From Lophium mytilinum (Eukaryota), in contig MU004194.1 in the NCBI GenBank assembly GCA_010093605.1, forward strand, positions 1,154,323 to 1,218,322: a DNA stretch of 64,000 bases. Reading direction: 5' to 3'. Below, piece by piece: positions 1-13,454 of this stretch. The position numbers were made by a program, and so were the translations under genes. Numbering within the stretch: position 1 is the stretch's first letter; every line of letters begins with the position of its first letter. Under the pieces are notes generated by a model. That model was not told the DNA's origin, made no database searches, and saw nothing but the letters and a program-made list of their open reading frames with translations.

Positions 1-3000
1 ATCATGGACCACAATTTGGCTGATTACATCACCTCGAAGAACAACGTCCAGCTCAACTACAAGGACATGAACCATACAAATAGCTATGGCATGATTCGAG
101 GCTTGCAGTTCTCGGCCTTTGTATTCCAGTACTACGGCTTGGTCATCGATCTACTTCTGCTTGGTCTGCAGCGTGCAAGCGAGATTGCTGGTCCACCACA
201 AAGCCCCAACGACTTCCTTCAGTTCCGTGATCGTCCGACTGAGACTAGGCACCCTATTCGACTCTATACTAGGTATATTGATCGCATCTGGGTCTTCTTC
301 AGGTTCTCCGCAGATGAGTCTCGGGATCTCATCCAGCGATTCCTGACCGAGCAGCCCGATCCCAACTTTGAGAATGTCATCGGATATCGGAACAAGAAGT
401 GCTGGCCCCGAGACTCAAGAATGCGTCTGATGCGTCACGACGTCAACCTCGGTCGTGCTGTTTTCTGGGATATGAAGAATCGCCTCCCCCGGTCCGTCAC
501 CACAATTGATTGGGACGACACTTTTGCCAGTGTCTACAGCCGCGACAATCCAAATCTCTTATTCTCGATGTGTGGATTTGAGGTCCGAATTCTTCCTAAG
601 ATTCGCAATCTCACCGAGGAGTTCCCGGTCAAAGACAGCGTGTGGTCGCTTGTAGACAATACCTCCAAGGAACGAACCGCGCATGCCTTCTTGCAAGTCA
701 CTGAAGAAGACATTCAAAAGTTCAACAACCGCATTCGTCAAATCCTGATGTCCTCTGGCTCGACGACATTCACGAAGATAGCCAACAAGTGGAACACCAG
801 CCTGATCGCGCTCTTTACCTATTATCGTGAAGCAGCTGTCTCAACGATCAATCTGCTTGATACTATTGTTAAGTGCGAAACCAAAATTCAGACTAGGGTG
901 AAGATTGGGTTGAACTCTAAGATGCCTTCTCGTTTCCCTCCTGCTGTTTTCTACACGCCCAAGGAACTCGGTGGTCTCGGCATGATCTCTGGTTCACATA
1001 TCCTCATTCCCACGAGCGACAAGCGTTGGTCCAAGCAAACCGACACTGGCGTCACGCATTACCGTGCTGGTATGAGCCATGACGAAGAGACCCTCATCCC
1101 CAACATCTTCCGATACATCATTCCCTGGGAGTCTGAGTTCATTGACTCACAGCGTGTCTGGATGGAGTACTCACAGAAGCGTCAAGAAGCTAACCAACAG
1201 AACCGCCGATTGACATTGGAAGATCTTGAGGACAGCTGGGATCGAGGTCTTCCTCGTATCAACACTCTCTTCCAGAAGGATCGAAGCACGCTGAGCTTTG
1301 ACAAGGGCTTCAGAGCTCGAACAGAGTTCAAGACGTATCAGCACATGAAGAGCAATCCCTTCTGGTGGACGAGTCAGCGACATGACGGCAAATTGTGGAA
1401 TTTGAATGCCTACCGAACCGATGTCATTCAAGCGCTTGGAGGTGTGGAGACGATTCTTGAGCATACCTTGTTCAAGGCTACCGCGTTCCCATCCTGGGAG
1501 GGTCTCTTCTGGGAGAAGGTGAGTTCCCTTTTCCTCTCTGTCTGATGTGGCAATGTACTAATTTTTCCCAGGCCTCCGGTTTCGAAGAATCGATGAAGTT
1601 CAAGAAACTCACCAACGCTCAGCGGTCTGGTCTTAACCAGATTCCCAATCGTCGCTTCACTCTTTGGTGGTCGCCTACGATCAATCGTGCTAACGTCTAC
1701 GTTGGTTTCCAGGTGCAGCTTGATTTGACAGGCATCTTCCTTCACGGAAAGATTCCAACTCTCAAGATTTCCCTGATCCAGATTTTCCGCGCCCATTTAT
1801 GGCAGAAGATCCACGAGTCTGTCGTTATGGACTTGTGTCAAGTCTTTGATCAAGAGTTGGATGCACTGGGCATCGAAACCGTCCAGAAGGAAACCATTCA
1901 TCCGAGAAAGTCGTACAAGATGAACAGCTCTTGCGCCGATATCCTGCTCTTTGCTAGCCACAAATGGAGTGTCACCAACCCGTCGCTGCTATACGACACT
2001 AAAGATCAGATGAGCTCCACCACTACCAATAAGTTCTGGGTCGATATTCAGCTTCGATATGGTGACTACGATTCTCACGACATCGAACGATATGTGCGTG
2101 CCAAGTACCTCGATTACACCACTGACAGCATGAGTATCTATCCTTCCGCAACAGGTCTGATGATTGGCATCGATCTCGCCTACAACCTCTACTCTGCATA
2201 TGGGCAGTACTTCCCCGGTCTCAAGCAGCTCGTTCAGCAGGCTATGGCCAAGATCATGAAGGCCAACCCGGCTCTTTATGTGCTGAGGGAACGTATCCGG
2301 AAGGGTCTTCAGCTGTATGCTTCCGAGAACAACCAGGAGTTCCTAAATTCGCAGAATTACTCTGAGCTCTTCAGCAACCAGGTGCAGCTCTTTATCGATG
2401 ACACCAACGTCTATCGTGTTACTATCCATAAAACGTTCGAAGGCAACTTGACCACAAAGCCCATCAACGGTGCAATCTTCATCTTCAACCCCAGGACTGG
2501 ACAGCTCTTCCTCAAGATTATTCACACAAGCGTTTGGGCTGGTCAAAAGCGTCTTGGACAATTGGCTAAATGGAAGACTGCCGAAGAAGTAGCAGCTCTC
2601 ATTCGATCCCTGCCTGTTGAAGAACAGCCCAAGCAGCTCATCGTTACGCGTAAGGGTTTGCTGGATCCTCTGGAAGTTCATTTGCTCGACTTCCCCAACA
2701 TTTCCATTCGCGCCTCCGAATTGCAGCTTCCTTTCCAGGCCGCAATGAAGGTTGAAAAGTTGGGTGATATGATCCTTCGAGCAACTGAGCCTCAGATGGT
2801 GCTTTTCAATCTGTACGACGAGTGGCTCAAAACGATCTCGTCTTACACCGCCTTCTCGCGTCTGATCCTGATTCTGCGCGCCCTTCACGTTAACCAAGAC
2901 AAAACGAAACTGCTGCTCCGTCCGGACAAGACTGTCATCACACAGGAGCATCACATTTGGCCCACACTGTCGGACGAGGACTGGATCAAGGTTGAAGTGC

Positions 3001-4067
3001 AGCTTCGCGATTTGATCTTGAACGATTATGGCAAAAAGAACAACGTCAATGTCTCGTCGCTCACGAGCAGCGAAGTCCGAGACATCATTCTCGGAATGGA
3101 AATTTCTGCTCCTTCCATGCAACGTCAACAAGCTGCGGAAATCGAAAAGCAGCAGGAAGAGCAAGCACAGCTCACAGCTGTGACCACCAAGACACAGAAC
3201 GTGCTTGGCGAGGACATCATTGTCACAACAACTTCGGCGTACGAAACAGCCACCTTCGCCTCAAGGACAGAGTGGCGGACACGTGCAATTGCAACGTCCA
3301 ATCTACGAACGCGCGCGAACAATATCTACATTAACTCAGAAGATGTAAAGGAAGAGAGCCACTTCACCTATGTCATGCCGAAGAACATCCTCAAGCGGTT
3401 CATCACCATTTCAGATCTGCGCGTCCAAGTCGCAGGTTACTTGTATGGTTCCTCGCCACCCGACAACGATCAGGTGAAGGAGATACGCACTATCGTCATG
3501 GTCCCCCAGAGCGGTAACACTCGCGACGTTGGGCTACCACGAGAACTACCCCGACACGAGTATCTTGACAAATTGGAACCGCTTGGTATCATCCATACGG
3601 TCAGCGGTAACGAGCCGCCGTACATGCAAGCCACCGATGTCACTCAGCACGCGAAGATGATGGCGGCGCACCCATCCTGGGACAAGAAGACAGTGTCGAT
3701 GACAGTTTCCTTCACGCCGGGCTCTGTGTCTCTTGCAGCATGGGCTTTGACGCCACAGGGCTACAAATGGGGAGCGGACAACAAGGACATAATGTCGGAC
3801 AGCCCAGCCGGGTTCTCAACAGCCTTTGGCGACAAGTGCCAGCTCCTGTTGAGTGACAAGATCCGGGGTTACTTCCTGGTGCCGGAGGCGAACATCTGGA
3901 ACTACTCATTCATTGGTGCCAGCTTTGGCAACGTGGAGAAGAAGCCAGTTTGGGTGAAGTTGGATACGCCAGCGAGGTTCTATGACGCGATTCATCGGCC
4001 GCAGCATTTCCACAACTTCGCGGAGTTGGAGGATTTGTGGGTTGATAGGGAGAATCAGTTTGAGTGA
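1..4067 (+). CDS. PRP8: Pre-mRNA splicing factor Prp8, 5'-truncated by the window; exons <1-1518 and 1572-4067
   Basis: Prp8 motifs [40 protein letters not shown], RNaseH-like [11 protein letters not shown] and a C-terminal Jab1/MPN-like domain. 53-bp phase-0 intron 1519-1571 (GTGAGT...TACTAAT...CCCAG). Confidence 0.99.
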
Positions 4068-5765
4068 GCCGGAGGACTGAGAGTGGATACGAGAGGTATC
4101 TATCTACGGATTGCTAGATACGAGAGGTACCTGTCTGCGGACTGCATTTGCGCGCAACTGGGAGGCGCGGGCGTTTCGGGCCATTTTTTCTCTTCGATGC
4201 CCTGGAGATTGTATTACTGCCATGGCCCGACGGGATAGGGGTTTGAAGGAGGGATGGAATCAGGGTGTACAAAAGTAGTAGTTGTATAATTGCAGGGAGT
4301 CCTTTTGCCTACGACCTATCCCGTGATTGATGCTACAGATGCGGCTGGTGCAGTGGATCTTCCCTCGGAGCGGTGCGGTAATTTACTCACAACGGCGCGT
4401 CTTCATTGATGCGATTGCATCCACGCGGCGCAACTGCTAACCCCTAGGATTATACGCGGCTGGCCATAGTTCAGCAGGGACTGACGAAGTAAGTTCGGCT
4501 AATACAGCACGTGACGACAGCTCTGCCTGATATACCCCGGTCACATTCCCAAGAAGCATCCAAAACTCGGCACGATGTACGTTAGTGCTGTCTCAAGCCA
4601 TCTGTAAGTACTGTGTATCATAGGAGCTCCGTGGAGACCAGGGGTTTGGAGTGTGGTTGGTGCACGGTCCGCATCCAATGTGCCACAAAGTCTGACGCGC
4701 TCCGAGACCCATGCAGATTGCAGCCACTTCACAGGAATGTGTAACGTCGCAGCTGCCTGTGAAATGCACGCAAGTTAACATGGCACGCCTCAATGACGAC
4801 TGAAAGGGAACTGAGCAGACGTAGGAATTTGCCATGAGGAGGCGCGCCATGGAGGAGGGGGAGTTGGAGTGTCGCGTGCCCCTTTATATGTTTGACAATT
4901 TGTTATTGGAGATACAGCCGAGCGGGAGCCGAAAGAGTGTCGAGAGGTGGCTGGCGGCGTGTCCGCGTGGCCTGTCCAGACGAGGGCGAAGGAGAAATCC
5001 CGGCGCTAGGAAAGCTTGGAGAAGCTTGTGTCGGGTCAAGCTTTGCTCCCGGCTTGGAAGTGATCGCTGCTCCGACACAGATCAGATGAAAGCGCAAGAC
5101 TCTTGCTGTACTCTGGAGCGCTCTCTGCCCTTCGGATCCACGGTCTGCACTGCGGGTTTTGTTGTCGCCGCCAGAAAGAAGGCGTCTGGCTTGCAGCGGC
5201 CCCATGGTCCCGAATCGCACGCCGGCACAGATAAGCGGGTGGGACTCACTCTCGCCTTGCGCTCAGCTCTACCACGGTCTGAAATAGTGGTTATAGCCAG
5301 CGCGAACAGTCCAATTCTATCTTTGCAGTGTTACCCCTGGGCCGCGTCACTAGCTGGCCCACGACTCCAGCGCAATTCAAATATGGCGGCAGTCTCGACG
5401 GAATGGACGCGTAACTAGCCCTACCGGGGCACGCAAGGCTCGTCGACGATTGGGTCAGTGCACTCGCCATCCTAGCCCACTGGAGGCCTCCGTCGGTCTT
5501 GCGTTTCCCACCCGGGCAGCGGCCTGCGCCATAGATATCTCCTGGCCGCTGCATATCTCCACAGGAGACCCAATGTCGCCCGCGCTGCTCTCTGCCCTCT
5601 CCGACGACGTGTGAAGGAGCTGAACAAAACACCGCCCTCACGCAACCGCCCACCCGATCCCATTGCTCGACTTTTGCCGCCCGCTCCCGCACTGGACGGT
5701 CTCAGCCTTCTGTCCCAGTGCACACCTGCTGCTCCTCGGATCATGCTTCTAGCAAGCTACCACAC

Positions 5766-6829
5766 ATGCTGATCACCATGATAATTCGGACATCGCTGCT
5801 GCTGTCGCTGCTCGTCGCCCTCGCTGCACTGGTGCATGCCGTCCCAACCCTCCGGAGACGAGACGCCGATATTGAGAGCCTCTATGGCATCACCGCTCTG
5901 AGGCAAGACCACAGCGGCAAGCGTGGTGACAACAAGCAGAAATACTTTCACGAATCCACCGTGAGTTCCTCGTTATACTTATACGTAGCGCTGCCTGACT
6001 GACCTGAGCTGACCGCCGCAGTTCCACCCCCACTATGATGGCCGCTTCGCCGAGAAGGTCCTGTCCTACGACGACCGCCGCGCCAACCTAGTCGTGTTGA
6101 TGAAGACCTACCTGTCCGCGATGCACGAAATCGGGACCGAGACGTGGATAATGCATGGCTCTCTGCTGGGCTGGTGGTGGAACCGCAAGATCATGCCGTG
6201 GGACTCGGACGTCGACGTGCAGGTCTCAGAGGCCGGCATGGACTTCTTGGCCGCCTACCACAACATGACCATTCACCACTACCAGCTCCCTGGCGAGGCC
6301 AAAGGGCGAGACTACATGCTCGAAATCAATCCCCACTATGTCAACGGCTCGACGGCCGACAGGTTGAACGTGATTGATGCGCGGTGGATTGACACGCATA
6401 CCGGCTTGTTCATCGATATCACGGCGCTGAGGCGGGATAAGGAAGCCGAGGCTGAGGGCAAGATGGGCGTCATGATGTGCAAAGACAGGCATCGTTATGA
6501 GGAAGCGCAGATTTTCCCGCTCAGGGATAGCTTTTTCGAGGGCATACCGGTCAAGATTCCGTATGCGTATGCGGAGTTGCTGGAGGAGGAGTATGGGAAG
6601 AAAGCATTGACGAGGATAAATTATCAGAAGCATCACTTCGATGAGGAGAAGATGGAGTGGATACCGCTGAAGTAAGCTCTGCCCACTTTTGACATTTGAT
6701 CGTGGAGATACTGACCAACCTTGCAGAGGCGCCAAAGACGAATCAAAGAAAAAGCCACGGCCTCTGAACCCAAAGCTTAGAATCAGACCCGGAGGTGGGG
6801 GCAGTGGGAGCTCGGTTGGGACTCTGTGA
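5766..6829 (+). CDS. LicD/fukutin-family phosphotransferase (Mnn4-like, putative mannosylphosphorylation protein)
   Basis: Hydrophobic N-terminal signal/anchor; KYFHEST|FHPHYDGRF across intron 5961-6021; HGSLLGWWWN, PWDSDVDVQ, IDARWID and GLFIDIT motifs. Probable second intron 6672-6726; if unspliced the stop is at 6675. Confidence 0.9.
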
Positions 6830-7572
6830 GAGTCACAGTCTCTACAGTACGCGAGTCTTCCGAAAGACGAGCGCATCATACGAGGAGAGGATACTCCATC
6901 ACCCGATTCACCTCATCCCTTCCGAAACGAAGTCACATCGCCACTTCGATCGTCGCCTAACCACTTTTCGCCATCTCCGAATCTACTCATTCCTAATACC
7001 TATTACCTCAAGGCGTTGACGTCGGCGCGCGTCTCATTACCCTAGTAGATCAGCCGATCGACCCAATTCGCCGTCATTCTTATACCCCTACGACGTGACA
7101 CACCTACATAAACATGGACTTTCGACAAAGCGAGGCGCTTACCGGAGTTTTTAGACTTTTCCCTCTTCATTATGCTTACAGGAATTGGGATGATGCTGTT
7201 GATGGAGTCTTAAAATCATGTTGGATAGGGGGTTTCCGAGCATGTTCATATTCTCTCTTCGGTATTGTGGCATGTTTGAGTAATGGTTTGACAGGGACAT
7301 GGGGCTGTCAGAAGCTCAGTAAGAATGAGGCAGTTCTGGAATAGAGAGATAGCACTACCGCGCGGCCCTGTGAAAACTGCAAGCATTCAAGTCGCCTTCT
7401 CTGTCAATGCCAGTGAATGATGGTATCCCAGCAATCGGCCACTGCTTAGGGGGCTTGCCAGACTTTTGGAAATGTGTCAAAACAGAATAGCTAGCAGAGA
7501 GTTGGGTACACAAAAACGCAATTAACCCTTTCACTCCGATATAAATTAAATGTGGGTTGGCTCGGCCAGCCA

Positions 7573-9209
7573 ATGAGCGACACTGCTGCCTACACCCCGC
7601 TCAAACCCTACGCCTTCGACGACACGCCGATCCATGGGCTCTATCAAACCAAATCTCAGATATTCACAAAGATGGAGCAGTGCCGTCTTTTGTCTCTTGC
7701 AGACGAGCTTCTTCTCTCCATTGTTGAAACTCTCGCCGATGACAAGCAGTCGCTTGCCAGGCTCGCCTCGACATGTACCCATTTCAAGGGAATCTCAGAG
7801 CCCTTCCTATACCGCGACATCAAGCTACGGAGCACAGTCGAGGCAGATCACATCGCTACCAGCATCAAGGCCAATGAGGCGAGGGCGCTTGCGGTCCATT
7901 TTATAGACAGTTGTTCGTCAGCCTCGAATCGAACGACAAACTTCAACTTCTTGATGAGAGACTTCAAGAATTTGCGCAGTTGGACAATTGAGTCGCCCTA
8001 CACTAATTATTCCGCATGGGTGGAAGAGCAGGGGTCACAGTGGGTTGAGAACGATTTGGAGCAGATTATTGAAGTCTTTCAGCTTGCGGGACTGGCTTCA
8101 ACTTTGATCGAGCAGCCGAAACCGCTCGTGCTGCTGCAGTCATGTGAGTATTCGTGCTCTATTGTTATAGAACTGTCCTCCTATTCCGTTCCTATCATCT
8201 GCAAGTGAAGGTCTCAGGATTGTGCTGACAGTTAGCAGTCACTTTGCACCCCCACGGGCACAGTTCGCGCTGTTACCGTCTCGACCGTTTAGGTGCTATA
8301 TTCCTTCACCCGTCACTTCGCACCATTCACCTCTCCTGTGTAAATATCGACAAAGACATTGAATACCTCCAACAACACCAGCACACGACTCCACTCACTA
8401 CTCTTATCTTCGATGAATGCGAAATTTCGGCCCCTGGGCTGGCGTCAGTTCTCTGCGCTCCAAAAGGTCTCACTGACCTTACCCTGGGCGAAAACCTGCA
8501 CCACAGCGACTTCCCTAGTATTTGGGCTCGAAGACACCGACGCGATAGTCACGATGGTCTTGTTGAAGCTCTGTTGCAGCAAGCTCACTCGCTCCAATTT
8601 TTCAAGCACCTTCGTGAGACATCAGCCCCCGTAAGGGGTTTCAACCTGCTTCCAAAGCTACGCAAATTGGAGCTATCTAGTGTTGATATCCGTCAACTTT
8701 TCAAATACGAACATTTCCTTCCTTCTGACCTTGAATCGCTGGTCCTAATCGAGTCGAATGAAACTTGGTTTGGCAAGCTCGACCAAGTACGAACTTTGCT
8801 GGCAGCGCACTGGTTGAGGAACCTAAAGTCACTATCCTTCATTGTCACTCTTCACCATCTTGCGGAAACACTCTCCGACAAGCTTTGGGGAGCCACATTG
8901 GCACAACAAGTCCACAAACTCGCCTACGAGCTGCGTAATCGCGGCATCTGCTTTCAAATCTTCGTTCGCAACGACTGCAGCAGAACAATACCTCCATATC
9001 TGGACGGCGAACGGATTCCGCAGCCTGTTGTCGTCTATGATTCGCAAGACTACTCGTTCGAGGCGAGACTGGGTGAGGAAATCCCGTTGGAGGAGAGGCG
9101 GGACAAGGACGAGCTTACAGAAGAGGAGGTGATTGCGTTGAAAAAACAGACTGATTGGCAAGTGCCATACTGTGTAGTCTGCTGGGGAGACTCCTTGGAA
9201 TGGGAATGA
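7573..9209 (+). CDS. F-box protein with LRR-like C-terminus
   Basis: F-box-like LLSLADELLLSIVETL...LARLASTCTHFKGISEPFLYRDI; intron about 8144-8238 joins the two ORFs in frame; LxxLxL repeats. Start could instead be 7672. Confidence 0.75.
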
Positions 9210-9511
9210 TGTAGATATGCACGCTGAATCCTCAACAGTGTTATTAGTGAATTGGGATTTTGGCGTAATATGGGGGAGGAGTTTGTTTTCTCCGAGCATG
9301 AGTAGACAGAGTGCGAGGACTAACTTAGCTAACGTCAATTACTTAAGAACGCGACTGTGTCATGTACTTATTGTACACGAAATCTAATCCCTTCGCGACG
9401 ATAATCCTCACTACAAAGTCCAGCCGAAGTCCTTCACCATCGAAGGCTTACTATCACCATTACGTCTTCCTAGCTCTTACCATCACTACTCGATCTCAAT
9501 CCCACACTTCC

Positions 9512-9546
9512 ACCCTCCCCTTCCCCTTCCCCTTCCCCTTCCCCCT
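9512..9546. repeat. (CCCCTT)n microsatellite
   Basis: CCCTCCCCTTCCCCTTCCCCTTCCCCTTCCCCC seen directly. Confidence 0.85.
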
Positions 9547-10932
9547 CCATGTCTCGAATGGTGGAAGAAGTTTTGATCCCCAACCCTGAGCCCATTCTAG
9601 GTTCCTGAAGAAAGATAGAGAGGGGACCGAAGGGATTTATATACCCCACAGAGAGAGAAGTGGAGATTGGGCACGTGTCTCAAAGAGGGGTGACACGCAT
9701 TGAATCGTAATCAACATCCCCATATCCCCCTCGTATACCACGTGATCAGTAGCAGCAAAGGCCCAAGCGCAACGTAACGTCGTTGATCTCCTCACTCCCT
9801 CAATGTCAGCTTCGCTCTCAAAATTTCCCATCATCACTTTCAGCACAAAGTGGCTTAGCTGAAATGTTGTTAAATGCTGCTTAACAGAACCCCTCACTTC
9901 CAGCCGCATGGGCCTAAATCGGCCCGCCTCATGCAGGCTCTCAGCCGTGGATGCGAGTTCAGACACATTTCTGCAGGCCAAGGCCACCGTACCTAGGCAA
10001 TCATGGTACTACAGCACATTTCCAGCTTCAAAGACTGTGTCCCAAGCCGCAAAACTGATAATCCTTCTCTCTTAAATTATCGCAGTCAGGGAACATAAGA
10101 AGCATGCCGTAGTCCCACTTCAGTCGACAATCTCATATCTTTTTTGCATTAGCAGCTAAAGATTGACGTACTGCATTAGCTACCCAATACACTATTGGAA
10201 AGGTCTCGAATTGTAGACACTCGAAGCCGCATCTTCACCGACAATCACGTATATCGCATAGGGTCTAGCTTCTCAGTTTCTCTTTCAAGCCAGTTCAAAT
10301 GCAGCTTACGCATTTCGTCACGTTTCCATATGTCGCATATCGCTCCAATTACACAACGGGGACTGTTCAGCTAAGCCCCTCTTCGGCTTACACCTTCAGA
10401 TGTGAAGTACTCGGGACCAAGCTCCAAGACATTTTATACGCTCGTAACCTGGACGCTGAGACGACTCTTCGAAGCTCGAAGCGAATCATATTTTCCTCCC
10501 TGCCATAAGCATGCCTCTACCAACATCATTGGCAGCCACTTTCTCACTTGATGCGATATCCGAGCATAGCTGGGCTGGTCTAGACACGTTCTTTCCCCGC
10601 TTCTTTGACTGCATTGCTGCGCGCTTAGATGGTGAAAGCTGAATATCTGCTGAAAGCCACCTCAAACCCACCTCAAGGTGTTTCAGCAGTGCCATATCCG
10701 GACCTTCTAACAGATCATGGCTTTTTCTGGGGTTCAACATTTGCCAGTTCTCCAGCTGAAGCCCACGGGGTTTGTTGTAAAATCAAAAGGCTTTGCGACC
10801 TGGCCAACTTAAATAGACCACGAGGGCGAGCTTTGAGCTTCTAAAATCCCAAATAGCTTTTCAACCCCTCAGCAATACCCTGATATACATTTAGGGAATA
10901 TCTCAAAGTGGACATCAATCAAAATCGCAGCC

Positions 10933-13267
10933 ATGGCGAGCTCGAACATCGCTGCTACTGGTGTACCTACCACTCCCGGTGCCAACGGTAAGGTCTCGCA
11001 GTAGACATCGCCAATGACCAGGCTGAATGAATGATAGGCGCGGTCCCCATCAGACGAGAAATCCGCGATCTCCAAGCAAATTACAAAGACCAATGGAACC
11101 TTTACCTTCTGGGCCTCGTCGCATTTCAAAAGGTGTCCGAGACGGACCTGCTGTCGTATTACCAGATGGCCGGTACGTCTATAGAGTGACTCTGTCAATC
11201 GAAATGTCACTGCTTACCTTTTGAAAAGGTATTCATGGAGAACCATACATTCCTTGGAACGATGTCGCCGGTATACAGGATCCAGGGAGCGGCGGCTATT
11301 GCACTCACAGTTCGATCCTCTTCTTGACTTGGCATCGACCTTATCTCGCTCTATATGAGGTTTGTTGCATCTTTCAATTATATAGATGCTTAGAATACCT
11401 GGAGGGGGGGCAAGACTGATCGTTTTCACAGCAATCCCTCTATGCTATCATCCAAGGAATTGCGCAAGAGTTTCCCTCTGCCGTCCAAGCCCGATATGTC
11501 GCCGCTGCAAAGGATTTCAGGATGCCATATTGGGATTGGGCCGCGAAGGTCGGGTCTGGAAGTGCATTTCCGTCCGCGATTAGCTCCCAGACGGCCACCG
11601 TCGTTGATACCGATGGCGCTACGAAGCAAATCAACAACCCGCTCTTCAGTTTCCAGTTCCCCCCAAGTGCTAGCGAAGGAGATTTGGATCAAAGCGTGAT
11701 AATGCCCTTCACTGTCTCATGTCCAACTTTACTTACTATTACTAGTGGAGCATCTTTCCCAGCACCCTTCGCTACCCAGACAGTAGCGACTCGAATGCGA
11801 AATCTAACAATGCTGCAGTGACCCAAGTCATCAATAATGAGAACCCCTCGCTCCGCAACAACGTTTCCTTGATTCTCCTATCGTACACCCAATTCGATGC
11901 CTTTAGCAACAATCAATGGCTTCGGAACGGCCGACCAGGAACCTATGGCAGTCTCGAAGACTTGCACAACGAGATCCATGACAAAGTGGGTGGAGGGGGA
12001 CACATGGGCGCTTTGGAAGTATCTGCCTTTGACCCTGTCTTCTGGCTGCATCATTCGTAAGTTACTTTATACATATTCGGACCGTATTTATCCTGGAAGC
12101 TGTAATCAACCGCTGATTTTTCCAAGCAATGTCGACCGCCTCTGGGCCATATGGCAAACCCTCAATCCAACCAGTTTCGTGACCCCAAAGGCCAGCGAAG
12201 GTAATTTTACCACGCAACAGGGTGCGCGCGAAGATGCCAACAGCCAGTTGAAGCCTTTCTGGGACACTACTGGAACCAAATTCTGGGTGTCCACTCAAGT
12301 GAAGGATACAAAGACCTTTGGATATGCCTACCCCGAGACCCAGAGCTGGACCTTCCCAAGCACTCAGGCGTACCAGTCAGCACTGCGAAGCACGGTGACG
12401 CGGGAATATGGTGGGAACGTGCTATCAAACTTCTTCGCGAATGCAGGCGCTGCGACAGCGCAAGTACAGACCGCGGCTCTCCCAGGAGCGGCGTCAAAGG
12501 GAGCGGTACAGCATTTCGTTCAGAAGGGCACGCATCCACCAGCCGTCGCAGCACCAAGTCTTGCAGCCCAGGTTGCCATACATCACCCTACTAAAACGGA
12601 CGACAAAACGCCTCAGCCAGCAGCCAAAGTTGCGGAAGCAGCTCCACCACCCGCGACAGCTCCCCCGGAGAAGACGGCTGGACCAGCTGCCACGCCGGCT
12701 GCTACTCCCAAGGCTACGGCCATCGTACCAGAGAAATTTGCACACATCGCCCCAGACAACACGTACACGGAGTGGATCACGAATCTCCGAGCCCTCAAGC
12801 ACGGCCTCTCCCAAACCTTCCGCGTCTTTGTCTTCCTCGGTGATTTCAACGCGGATCCCAAAACCTGGCCACTAGAAGAAAACTTAGTCGGCCGATTCAC
12901 GGTCCTCGGCCGCGCGCCAGACACCGGCTGCGCGAAGTGCAAGACGGATCAGGAAGACGAGCTCGTGGTGACGGGGACCGTGCCATTGACGACAGCGCTG
13001 CTGCGAGAAATTGTAGAAGGTCGTCTGCATAGCTTGCAGACGGAGGAGGTGGAGCCGTATCTTGTGCGGAATTTGCACTGGCGCGTGACGCTGTTTAATG
13101 GGGAGGAGAAGGAGAGGAGCGAGGTGCCTGGGTTGAAGGTGGCGGTTGTGAGCACGGAGGTGAGGATTGCGGAGGATGGGACGCCGGTCTTTGGGAGCGA
13201 GTATGCTCAGCACCCGGCGATTACGGATGGGAGACCTGCCGGGCTGCTGCCGGATGATGATGTTTAG
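10933..13267 (+). CDS. Fungal tyrosinase (type-3 copper protein) with C-terminal shielding domain; multi-exon, no signal peptide
   Basis: CuA motifs [33 protein letters not shown]; CuB motifs [37 protein letters not shown]; Ala/Pro linker; CAKC CxxC motif in the C-terminal domain. Confidence 0.95.
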
Positions 13268-13454
13268 GGGTTTCTTTGTGAACTGTGGCTGCAGGTTAGT
13301 TAGGCTGTCAGTCGAGGTGGTTTCCCTAAGGAAAGGAGCAATTGGTTCAAAATTGATCGTCACGCTCAAAAGGTCTCAGTGTTACCATGTAACTCCATTT
13401 ACGTGCCTATGGTATATATAAGCTGAATCTGACAACATCAGGGGCTCTTCATCC

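Noticed and set aside
1501..1600. PRP8 intein at the ORF break
   Set aside because: The interruption is a 53-bp GT-AG intron with a branch point. There is no Cys-start/His-Asn-end intein and no LAGLIDADG sequence.
2343..3164. 273-aa antisense ORF within PRP8, and similar antisense ORFs in other genes
   Set aside because: Expected shadow of codon bias on the opposite strand of real genes.
4834..5418. 194-aa ORF between PRP8 and the LicD gene
   Set aside because: No motifs and a composition typical of GC-rich intergenic sequence; cannot be supported.
9512..9546. Telomere-like repeat
   Set aside because: The unit is CCCCTT rather than CCCTAA, and the tract is a short internal microsatellite.
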